The notes under the pieces were generated by a model. The model searched no databases, was not told the origin of the DNA, and worked only from the letters and a program-made list of their open reading frames with translations. A DNA stretch of 64,000 nt from an uncultured Poribacteria bacterium (GTDB lineage: Bacteria > Poribacteria > WGA-4E > WGA-3G): the NCBI GenBank assembly GCA_958296135.2, contig CATQHZ020000001.1, positions 3,936,001 to 4,000,000 on the forward strand. Direction: 5' to 3'. Made by a program: the position numbers and the translations under genes. Below are positions 39,386 through 47,861 of this stretch, in pieces. Every line of letters starts with the position of its first letter. Positions within the stretch are counted from its first letter, which is position 1.

Positions 39386-40536
39386 GCATCGGTATCATCG
39401 GAATGGGATGGATGGGCATGACGCACGCCCGAGCCTATCAACAGATTGCCGATAGGTTTCACCAGAGCGGACTTCAGCCCAGACTCATCATCTGTGCCGA
39501 TGACGTTGAGCAACGCGCCACCGAAGCGAAATCGCGCTTCGGATTCAAACAGGCAACTACCGATTTCCGACAGGTGCTGAACGAAAAGCACGTGGATGTC
39601 GTCAACATCGCCGCACCAAATGATAAGCACCTTGAGATAGTCGAAGCCGCAACGGCGGCAGGAAAACACGTTTTTTGTGAAAAGCCAGTCGGACGGAATC
39701 CCGCGGAGACGAAAGCCGTTGAGACAGCGGCGCAACGCGCAGGGGTTCTCACGTGCGTCGGCTATAACTACCGATGGGCACCTGTCGTGCAGCACGCACA
39801 GCAACTCATTTCAGAGGGCAAACTAGGAAAACTCACGCACTATCGCGGGCGCTTTTTCGCCGGCTACGCAAGTCACCCACGCACCGTACTCTCATGGCGG
39901 TTTCAGAAAGAAATCGCAGGACTCGGCACACTGGGAGACCTGCTTTCACACGTCATCGACATGGCGCGCTTCATCGCCGGGGACATCGCCTGTGTTGTAG
40001 CACAAAAAGAGACTTTCATCCCCGAACGTCCCTTAGCAACAACAGGTTCCGGCACACATTTTACCCACGAAAACTCGGAGGGACCGGTGGGCCCCGTCAC
40101 GAACGAGGATTACGTCGGCGCACTAGCGCGATTTGAAAACGGCGCACGCGGCACATTGGAGGCATGTCGAATTATTACCGGACCAAAGTGTGAAATGGCG
40201 TTTGAAGTACACGGCACAAACGGCGCGCTACGCTGGAACTTTGAGCAGATGAACGAACTAGAAATATGCCTGCCGACTGAAAACGGGTTTGCTGACGGCT
40301 ACACGCGCGTGTTGAGCGGGCCCGAACATCCGTTTCATAGCCATTTTAACCCCGGCCCAGGTGTCGGCTTAGGGTACGATGATTTGAAGACTATCGAAGC
40401 GTATCAGTTTTTGAAGGCTGTTCGCGAAGGGAAACAAGGCAGCCCCGGCTTTCGCGAAGCCGCCGCTGTCGCAGACGTGCAAGCCGCCATACAAACCTCT
40501 TGGGAACATGAACAGTGGATGCCTGTTCAAAAATGA
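39367..40536 (+). CDS. Gfo/Idh/MocA family oxidoreductase
   Basis: [34 protein letters not shown]. Confidence 0.9.
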   Translation: MAKRTIGIGIIGMGWMGMTHARAYQQIADRFHQSGLQPRLIICADDVEQRATEAKSRFGFKQATTDFRQVLNEKHVDVVNIAAPNDKHLEIVEAATAAGKHVFCEKPVGRNPAETKAVETAAQRAGVLTCVGYNYRWAPVVQHAQQLISEGKLGKLTHYRGRFFAGYASHPRTVLSWRFQKEIAGLGTLGDLLSHVIDMARFIAGDIACVVAQKETFIPERPLATTGSGTHFTHENSEGPVGPVTNEDYVGALARFENGARGTLEACRIITGPKCEMAFEVHGTNGALRWNFEQMNELEICLPTENGFADGYTRVLSGPEHPFHSHFNPGPGVGLGYDDLKTIEAYQFLKAVREGKQGSPGFREAAAVADVQAAIQTSWEHEQWMPVQK

Positions 40537-40688
40537 ACGGAACAGCCGCAACAGGATCATCCTCAGATGTTCACCGGGTTGCCGAATTGAACCGCGATCG
40601 CACCGTAAGGCGAGGGCCTCTCCCTCGCATGCGGAGGGTATTGAGTCTTATGAGAAGCGTGTATCCAGAAAGACGGTTTTTACTCCTG

Positions 40689-41780
40689 ATGGATTCAAAC
40701 GAAGAAACGGAGTTAATCAAAGACATTCTGAAAAGTCCCCTTGACCTGGCTTCAAAATTAATTACCTCTCTTTTTGAAGAAAGCCTGGATGAAGTGAAGG
40801 ATGGGCTTGATGTGATAAAGCAATTTGCTGCAGGAATCGGGCGCGCCGAAAAACTTGCGGACGGGTATACGCTGGCCGCTTACTACCCCTCTCTGTTTGC
40901 CTTCCATCAAAATTTCCACAGTTCGTTTCGGGCTAGGCAGGGAAAAGTCCTTGAGAAGATGGTGCAGCGCATCCTCCAGAAATACGGACGAGGTGAGCAC
41001 ATCCCCGATACTAACAAGGATCGGCTCTCCCTTTTGGGTGAGATTTTCGGTACGGAAGAACTCCCGAAACTTGATATTGACGTGCTCGCCGCGGATGTCA
41101 GAAATAAAAAAACACTCATCATTCAGCTGCGTTCCAGAGATGATACCGGCGGCACCACGGCGAAAGGGTCACTTGTTGATTTCCTCCGAGAACTCTTAAG
41201 GCTGGAAACGGTCCCGCAAAGCGATGTCCTCTATCTCGTTTGCGTTTGGGATCCTCGCGACGCGCAACAAAAACGCTCCACGGTGAACAAGATGTTTGCC
41301 GCGTTGAAGGATTTCGTTGCAGTAAATGAGGCAGATTTCCACGCAATTGTTGAACATGAAGTCCCGTTACGGGAAAAAATTTCCCTCAAAATGGCTTACG
41401 GAACCGATGAGATAGCCACTTCTCTCTATGAATGGATGAGGAGTAATAAGCAGGAAATTTTGGACGCTATATCTACCGTTGTTGCTCACGTGAGTGACTG
41501 GGATGATTTGTGGATTGCTTACACCCTCGCGAGTCTGGAATTGGAAGTCGCCGCGTTTTCTGGCAGATCAAATGTGACGTTATTAAACGAAAAATATGAT
41601 AAAATAGGTATCTGTTTTGACTACACATCTTATCAAATCTTGATAGATTCAATTGATAGGATTGTCCAAAAGATGATTCCGCTCTGGACAGAAGATAGTA
41701 TTCCCCCAAACGCGTTGTCCGACAAAGCGCAGTACATCAGGGATTTGCTGTTTCTGAAGGCACACTATGACCAACCGTAA
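40689..41780 (+). CDS. Probable Type II restriction endonuclease
   Basis: GKVLE...DIDV...IQLRSR nuclease-like pattern, lower GC, overlaps a downstream methyltransferase. Confidence 0.6.
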   Translation: MDSNEETELIKDILKSPLDLASKLITSLFEESLDEVKDGLDVIKQFAAGIGRAEKLADGYTLAAYYPSLFAFHQNFHSSFRARQGKVLEKMVQRILQKYGRGEHIPDTNKDRLSLLGEIFGTEELPKLDIDVLAADVRNKKTLIIQLRSRDDTGGTTAKGSLVDFLRELLRLETVPQSDVLYLVCVWDPRDAQQKRSTVNKMFAALKDFVAVNEADFHAIVEHEVPLREKISLKMAYGTDEIATSLYEWMRSNKQEILDAISTVVAHVSDWDDLWIAYTLASLELEVAAFSGRSNVTLLNEKYDKIGICFDYTSYQILIDSIDRIVQKMIPLWTEDSIPPNALSDKAQYIRDLLFLKAHYDQP

Positions 41781-43074
41781 ACTCAAAGAACAATTGACGA
41801 TTTTCCCCGCAACTGCCGCGCCCGATGTCCCCATAGACACGTCTGATTCCGAAGAAATAGTGCGCGTCTCTTTTCGGGAACTCGTCTCGGAAATTCGGAA
41901 TACCGGCTACCTGACGCACGCCATTGTTGCGTATCCGGCGAAATTCATCCCGCAAGTCGTAAGGTACGCAATTGACGCTTACACAAGCGAAGGCGATTGG
42001 ATTGCCGATCCGTTTGCCGGTTCGGGAACAGTAGGCGTAGAGGCATCTCTGTGCAAACGCAATGCCATGCTCCTCGATCTGAATCCGCTTCTGAACCATC
42101 TCATGCCGATGAAGGTTTACCGGGGGAAAGAGCCGCTGCGCGAGGAGATATTGTGGGAGAAGTTGGAACGCATGGCACAGAGCACCGAGCAGTTTCTTCC
42201 CCCCTGGTCAAACGTCACCTATTGGTATCCGGCGGAGATACTGGAAGTCCTCTCGCACTATTGGGGCTTCATCAAAGCCGAGGACGACTGCATCTATACG
42301 CGAATTATCGAATCGGCGTTGCTGAAGGCGGGCAAGCACTTTTCGTATGCCGAGCACCGCACGCCGAAACTCGCACGCTCCAAAAGCAAGTTGAAAGCCA
42401 TCGAGGCACTACTTCAAGAAGACTGGGAAACGCAGCTAAGGGCCATGGTGGGCAGCCGCTCTCTGAAAACGCTCAGGAGCCTCAACGAATTTGTCAGCGT
42501 CACACGGCAGCACGACAGTCGTGTCGAAAGTCGTGTTGAATTTCATGGCGGCGTGGACTCGTCCTATCACCGGATTGAGCGGGAATGCAACGCGCTAATC
42601 ACCTCGCCGCCGTACCTGCAAGCCCAAGAATACATCCGTTCAACGAAGATGGAGTTGTTCTGGCTCGGCTACAGCGAAGAGAGGATTCGCGAACTGTCGC
42701 GACTGGAGATTCCCTATCGGAAGGCAGACCGGATGATTCACACGCCAACGCTGGAGAAAATCCGCGCAATGTTGAAACGGCCAGACCTGGGGAAGCGGCT
42801 CGATTCGTATTTCTGCCACACCCTCAACGCTCTTGAAAACGCAATGGATTCCTTGGAACCGGGAGCACCAGCTTGCATCTTCGTTGGCAACCCGAAGATC
42901 GATGGCATAGAGGTGGAAATCTGGCGGATAGTGATGGAGTACTTCACTGAACGCGGGTTTGCTTTCGAGAAAGTCTATGAGGATAGAATTCAGACGCGGA
43001 AACTCTTCGGCGCACGGAAAAACAAGAACCCAGACGGAATGAAATCCGAATTTATGCTGGTTTTGCGAAAATGA
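41767..43074 (+). CDS. DNA methyltransferase, probably N4-cytosine
   Basis: YPAKFIPQ, DPFAGSGT (motif I) before TSPPY (motif IV). Confidence 0.85.
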   Translation: MTNRKLKEQLTIFPATAAPDVPIDTSDSEEIVRVSFRELVSEIRNTGYLTHAIVAYPAKFIPQVVRYAIDAYTSEGDWIADPFAGSGTVGVEASLCKRNAMLLDLNPLLNHLMPMKVYRGKEPLREEILWEKLERMAQSTEQFLPPWSNVTYWYPAEILEVLSHYWGFIKAEDDCIYTRIIESALLKAGKHFSYAEHRTPKLARSKSKLKAIEALLQEDWETQLRAMVGSRSLKTLRSLNEFVSVTRQHDSRVESRVEFHGGVDSSYHRIERECNALITSPPYLQAQEYIRSTKMELFWLGYSEERIRELSRLEIPYRKADRMIHTPTLEKIRAMLKRPDLGKRLDSYFCHTLNALENAMDSLEPGAPACIFVGNPKIDGIEVEIWRIVMEYFTERGFAFEKVYEDRIQTRKLFGARKNKNPDGMKSEFMLVLRK

Positions 43075-44789
43075 AAACCTTAACAACACTCGTAACAACG
43101 CTGCTGCTCTATAACTGGCTCGCCACTGCCACAGCGCAATCCTTGTTACCGCAATGGACAGACATCACGCGCACAGCGGGCATCGATTTCGTCCATAACA
43201 ACGGTGCCTTCGGCGAGAAATACTTGCCCGAAACGATGGGCTCAGGCTGCGCCTTCCTCGACTACGACTCAGATGGATGGCAGGATATCCTCCTCGTCAA
43301 CGGCAAAGATTGGCCCGGGAAACCGACAGGAAGACGGCAGACGATGGGACTCTATCGCAACAACCGCGATGGCACGTTCACCGATGTCACCGAAGCCGCT
43401 GGCCTCGCAGTGCCGCTCTACGGCATGGGAGTCGCTGTCGCAGATTACGATAATGATGCAGACCCGGATATTTACATCAGCTGCCTCGGGAAAGACAGGC
43501 TCTTCCAAAACATCGGAAATGAGGATGAGGGCGCGCTTACAAAGCACGCCTACCGAGAGGTTACGGAAACCGCTGGCATTCATAACCCAGGCTTCGGAAC
43601 AAGCTGCGCATGGTTTGACTATAACAGAGATGGCTACCTCGAACTCTATGTAGCAAACTATGTGGAGTGGAGCAGAGAAACTGATATTTTTTGCACGCTA
43701 GACGGGACGAACAAATCCTACTGCACGCCTGAATCTTACGCCGGACAGGCAAGCAAACTCTTTACAAACCGAGGCAACGGCACGTTTCTCGATGTCTCCC
43801 GCATCGCACGAATTGAGGATAACACCAGCAAATCTCTAGGCGTGTGCATCTTTGATTACAACGCCGACGGGTGGCCAGACATCTTTGAGGCGAATGACAC
43901 GCAACCCAATAAACTCTATCAAAACAACGGCGATGGCACGTTCATAGAATCCGCAATGCTCGCCGGCATTGCCTATAACGAAAACGGCATCGCAACCGGG
44001 GCAATGGGCATTGACGCAGCAGACTATGACAGAAGCGGCAGGGAAAGCCTCGTTATCGGGAACTTCTCTAATGAAATGCTCAATCTCTATCATAACGAGG
44101 GCGACTTCTTTATTGACGACGCACCCATCGCGCACATCGGGAATACATCCCTGCTAACACTCACCTTCGCCTGCTTTTTCTTTGACTTCGATCTGGACGG
44201 AAACTTGGACATTTTCACCGCCAACGGACATGTGGAGACAGACATCAACGCTATCCAGAGTGAGGTGACATACGCGCAACCGCCGCACCTGTTTCACCAT
44301 CAGGAAAACGGAAAATTCACAGATGTCCTCAGCCCAGCATCCGTTGGACGGGGGCCTGGCCCTCGCCATGATGTTGGTGCCGATTTGCGCAAACCGGTTG
44401 TCGGCAGGGGGGCCGCCTACGGCGACATCGATAACGATGGTGACTGGGATTTACTTGTAACTACCTCCAACGGCCCTGCATATCTCTTCCGAAACGATGG
44501 CGGGAACCGCAACGCGTGGATTAAGATATCGCTTATCGGGCAAACCAGCAACCGTGATGGCATCGGCGCGCAGATTCGCGTTACCTCTACGTTAGGAACA
44601 CAGACGCACACTGTCAAAAGCGGTTCAAGCTACTGCTCCCAGAGTGAGCTCACCGCCATCTTCGGCCTAGGCGAGCCCTCCCAGGCTCGCATTGATAAAA
44701 TTGAGGTGCGTTGGCCCAGTGGGGCTGTCAATATCCTTCAGAACGTCACACCGAATCAGCATCTCCGCATTGAGGAGAGTGCCCCATAG
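43071..44789 (+). CDS. CRTAC1 family protein (FG-GAP repeats + ASPIC/UnbV)
   Basis: ETMGSG, repeated DYDxDGxxD, RGAAYGDIDNDGD, NRDGIGA, SYCSQ, VRWPSG. Confidence 0.9.
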   Translation: MKTLTTLVTTLLLYNWLATATAQSLLPQWTDITRTAGIDFVHNNGAFGEKYLPETMGSGCAFLDYDSDGWQDILLVNGKDWPGKPTGRRQTMGLYRNNRDGTFTDVTEAAGLAVPLYGMGVAVADYDNDADPDIYISCLGKDRLFQNIGNEDEGALTKHAYREVTETAGIHNPGFGTSCAWFDYNRDGYLELYVANYVEWSRETDIFCTLDGTNKSYCTPESYAGQASKLFTNRGNGTFLDVSRIARIEDNTSKSLGVCIFDYNADGWPDIFEANDTQPNKLYQNNGDGTFIESAMLAGIAYNENGIATGAMGIDAADYDRSGRESLVIGNFSNEMLNLYHNEGDFFIDDAPIAHIGNTSLLTLTFACFFFDFDLDGNLDIFTANGHVETDINAIQSEVTYAQPPHLFHHQENGKFTDVLSPASVGRGPGPRHDVGADLRKPVVGRGAAYGDIDNDGDWDLLVTTSNGPAYLFRNDGGNRNAWIKISLIGQTSNRDGIGAQIRVTSTLGTQTHTVKSGSSYCSQSELTAIFGLGEPSQARIDKIEVRWPSGAVNILQNVTPNQHLRIEESAP

Positions 44790-44979
44790 AGAAAGCCCTG
44801 CCCCGCAAGTCTCGACAACGGTACGGGGAGGGCTCGAAGCGGGCAGCCGCTATGCGCCGCAGCCAAAACAACGCCTCGTGAACAACTGCCGAGAACTGCG
44901 CATGCTTGCTTGCGAAAGCCAAGCAAGCAATCTTCGGCGTTCTGTATTCAGAACGCCTACGCAGCTCTCGAAAAAAATT

Positions 44980-45408
44980 TCACAAATCAAAAATAACCTG
45001 GGCGAACCACCCACCATCCGGCGCCTGCACCACCTGCAACTGATGGTAGGTGACACTCTTAATCTCCGTGTAGACTTCGTGCTTGTCAAAATTTGCAGGT
45101 TCGCCGTAGACATCCGCCGCGACTTCCGTCACGCTACAGTGGCGGACATGGGCGCGCTTAAAGAAAATGGCCTCTGTCTCGTGTCGGAAGTTAAGTTCAT
45201 CAAGCCAGGCGACGAAGAGCTCCTCAACAGAATCCGCGGTGACGTGGATATGCACCGACACCGTCTCGTCAATCGTATCCACGACAGCAAGCGTCTCAAA
45301 GAGGCCTTGCGCGGCGTTAGCCAGTAGTGCAGTCAGATTTTCGCCGAAGACTTTTAGGCCCATATCGGCGGTATGTTCAAGGTATTCATAAGGTTTCGCG
45401 TTTCTCAT
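44980..45408 (-). CDS. Archease (SHS2 domain; RtcB cofactor family)
   Basis: EHTAD, WLDEL, EIKSVTYHQL, terminal IFDL. Confidence 0.9.
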   Translation of the reverse strand: MRNAKPYEYLEHTADMGLKVFGENLTALLANAAQGLFETLAVVDTIDETVSVHIHVTADSVEELFVAWLDELNFRHETEAIFFKRAHVRHCSVTEVAADVYGEPANFDKHEVYTEIKSVTYHQLQVVQAPDGGWFAQVIFDL

Positions 45409-45617
45409 ATTCTCAGTCCCGGGTGGAAGCCGAACGCCTCGCGAATGACAAATAATTCTTAGCCACGGGATACAAGCATCGCCAACGGTGATGCGCCCTG
45501 ATAAGTCAACGATATGCACCCAGGGGCTGCTGAACCACGCCTCGCGAACAACAAAAATTTTTACTATAGGATACCATAAAACTCGCCCGAGGTCAAAGAA
45601 AAATCACCGTTTCTTTC

Positions 45618-45646
45618 TTGACATTTAAAATCGTTTCGGGTATACT
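45618..45646 (+). promoter_or_regulatory. Sigma70 promoter upstream of mod remnant
   Basis: TTGACA-N17-TATACT. Confidence 0.65.
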
Positions 45647-45744
45647 TAATACCAACGTCTGAGCTGGCTAAAGGCAGGATCAGGTAGTTTATAGCCTTGA
45701 TACGAGTTCTCTCATTGAGGTTCTACAGCAAAGGTTAACCACAC

Positions 45745-46269
45745 ATGCCAATAGAAACATTTAACGATAAACTCATCCGCCGCCTCAAAACCGAGCCGCG
45801 TTTCGTTGATAACGCCGGAGAACTCATCCCCGCCGCCGTGAAAAACAGCGCGTGGCAACTTGACACCGCACTCGTCAGAATACTCCTCGGTGAACCCGAA
45901 CTCAAGGCGAAGTTCTTCACCGAAATCGATGGACACTGGCTCTTCAACTATAACACCTTCATTACCTATCTCTCCGACAAGAATTTCCTCGTTGATTCCT
46001 ACACCCGATTCCGTAACAAAATCGGCTTGAACATTGATGAGAAATTTTTGCCGGAACGCGGCGAAGTCGCACTCGTTTGGCCCTATAAGGACTGCGTTTT
46101 GGAAGGCGGCCAGACGCGCAACGAAGAACAGCGGAAAGAAGTCTTTTTCAACGAACGCCTCGCGCCAGACGAAATCAACCGGCTCCTTGAACCAAAGGGC
46201 TCGGTGCAGTGGCGAGAACTCTATGGGAATCTAGCAGAACCTACCCTAATCAAGCAGTGTGCATTTTGA
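45745..46269 (+). pseudogene. Type III R-M modification methylase, N-terminal fragment
   Basis: SYTRFRNKIGL...LVWPYKDCVLEGGQ...EVFFNE.LAPDEI.RLLEPK is the Type III Mod N-terminal domain; no DPPY/FxGSGT; similarity ends near 46197. Confidence 0.8.
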
Positions 46270-46270
46270 C

Positions 46271-46299
46271 TTGCAGTCGGCTTGGATTTGTGGTAGAAT
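46271..46299 (+). promoter_or_regulatory. Sigma70 promoter for tnpB
   Basis: TTGCAG-N17-TAGAAT with extended TG, followed by a long hairpin 46308-46359. Confidence 0.5.
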
Positions 46300-46402
46300 A
46301 TAGTTACCGTTGTGGGCGAGACATCCAAGCACGGCTTCCCGCCGTGTCTCTCGCCCAACCTACCTTGGATGGAGGTTAACCAACGGCGAACGGTGACGCT
46401 CT

Positions 46403-47512
46403 ATGACATTGAAATCGCATTTAATTGCGTTAGACCCGAATAATAAGCAGGCGACGCTGCTTGCAAAGCACTGCGGCTATGCCCGCGTTGCCCGTAACCA
46501 TGCGCTCTCGGAATTCAAGGCGGCACTCGACCGCGATGAATTCCTATCCGATATGGACTTGCGCAAAAGATTCAACGCCGTGAAAGATGAACGCTACCCG
46601 TGGTGCCGCAAGCTCAGTCAAAATGCATCGAAGAATGGGATTTGCAATCTCGGTGATGCAGTGAAACGCTGGGTCTCTAAACAGAACCGCTTCCCGCGCT
46701 ATAAGAAACGATCTGGTAGGATATCCTACCAAGCTGACAATGGCGCAGGCACGGTGAAGGTAGAGAGAAAGCGTGTCAAACTGCCGACGATAGGCTGGGT
46801 TCGCCTACGCGAGAAGTTACGATGGCGCGGCGAGATACGCAAGTGTGTCGTCTCGAAACGTGCAGGCAGGTGGTTCATATCGGTTCTCGTGAAGGTGGTT
46901 TCCGACAGTGCGCCACGTGTGCGTTCACAGGAGCAGCCGCCGCGTATCGTTGGTGTCAATGTAGGCATTAAGACACTCGCCGTGACATCTGATGGTGCTG
47001 AGTTTGAAAACCCGAAGGCACTCTACCGAAACCTGCGGAAGTTACGGCGTGCGCAACGTCAGCTCTCTCGTTCGGTTTATCGGAGTAGAAACTGGTATCG
47101 CAAGCAGTTCCGCGTGCAGAAGATTCACTATCGTATCTGCTGTCTGCGTGAGGATGCCCATCATAAGGCAAGCACGGCGATTGTGAAGTCGGCTGACGTT
47201 CTCGGCATCGAGAGTCTTCGTGTGGCGGGCTTGTTGAAAAACCGCCGTCTTGCAAAGGCGTTGAGCGATGCGTCATTAAGTGGTTTCCTGACGATGCTTC
47301 GGTATAAAGCAGCGGCACACGGCGTTGAGATTATCGAAGCACCGTCGAACTTCCCGTCATCGAAGACGTGCAGTGCTTGCGGGAATAAAAAGAAGAAGTT
47401 GTCCCTCTCGGAGCGGACATATCACTGCGAGGCATGTGGCGTGGGTATCGACCGCGACTTGAATGCCGCGCATAACTTAAGAAACCTCGCCGCGAGCTTG
47501 ACGGAGAGGTAA
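46403..47512 (+). CDS. tnpB: TnpB RNA-guided endonuclease family protein, RuvC-I Asp replaced by Asn
   Basis: HTH (LAKHCGYARVARN), VKLPTIGWVRLRE, VGVNVGI, IESL, FPSSKTCSAC..C..C zinc finger, IDRDLNAAHNL. Confidence 0.9.
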   Translation: MTLKSHLIALDPNNKQATLLAKHCGYARVARNHALSEFKAALDRDEFLSDMDLRKRFNAVKDERYPWCRKLSQNASKNGICNLGDAVKRWVSKQNRFPRYKKRSGRISYQADNGAGTVKVERKRVKLPTIGWVRLREKLRWRGEIRKCVVSKRAGRWFISVLVKVVSDSAPRVRSQEQPPRIVGVNVGIKTLAVTSDGAEFENPKALYRNLRKLRRAQRQLSRSVYRSRNWYRKQFRVQKIHYRICCLREDAHHKASTAIVKSADVLGIESLRVAGLLKNRRLAKALSDASLSGFLTMLRYKAAAHGVEIIEAPSNFPSSKTCSACGNKKKKLSLSERTYHCEACGVGIDRDLNAAHNLRNLAASLTER

Positions 47513-47681
47513 AACGGCTGCGGAGCGACTATAAGCCCTCAGAGTAGGCACACCTCGTGTGCTTCGGAGGCACGCCGCATTGAAACAGCAACTACGACAG
47601 ATAAGAGGACAGGTCAGATTAGAATAGATTTGTCCAGACTATCATAAGTTCTAGGGAGCGGTGAGCGATGAAGATAAGGCA
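47480..47681 (+). ncRNA. Predicted omegaRNA (reRNA) of the TnpB element; guide starts near 47662
   Basis: Position by analogy to characterised TnpB loci (tnpB 3' end to right end plus flank); hairpin GCACACCTCGTGTGC; boundaries approximate. Confidence 0.45.
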
Positions 47682-47714
47682 CTGAATCGGGAATTCTATG
47701 GCGAATCATCATGA
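47658..47714 (+). pseudogene. Type III Mod extreme C-terminal remnant
   Basis: Reads AVSDEDKALNREFYGESS*, resembling C-termini of this Mod family (recalled pattern, not aligned). Confidence 0.55.
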
Positions 47715-47861
47715 GAAAACAATGAGATGGTTTGAAACACGAGGCACTGTGAACCCGCTATATCTTGCAAGGCGGGACATCGTCTCATTTACACGCTCGC
47801 CAGCAGTATCCAGAACAGACTGCATCAAAATCGGCACTTCAGCGTGCGGGAGTCTGTCAAG

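Larger units (their letters stand above)
46198..47661 (+). mobile_element. Non-autonomous IS607-type (IS200/IS605 superfamily) element carrying tnpB only; left end approximate
   Basis: tnpB, 3' non-coding region ending ...GATTTGTCCAGAC...GAGCGG, lying between mod N- and C-terminal remnants; no transposase. Confidence 0.65.
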
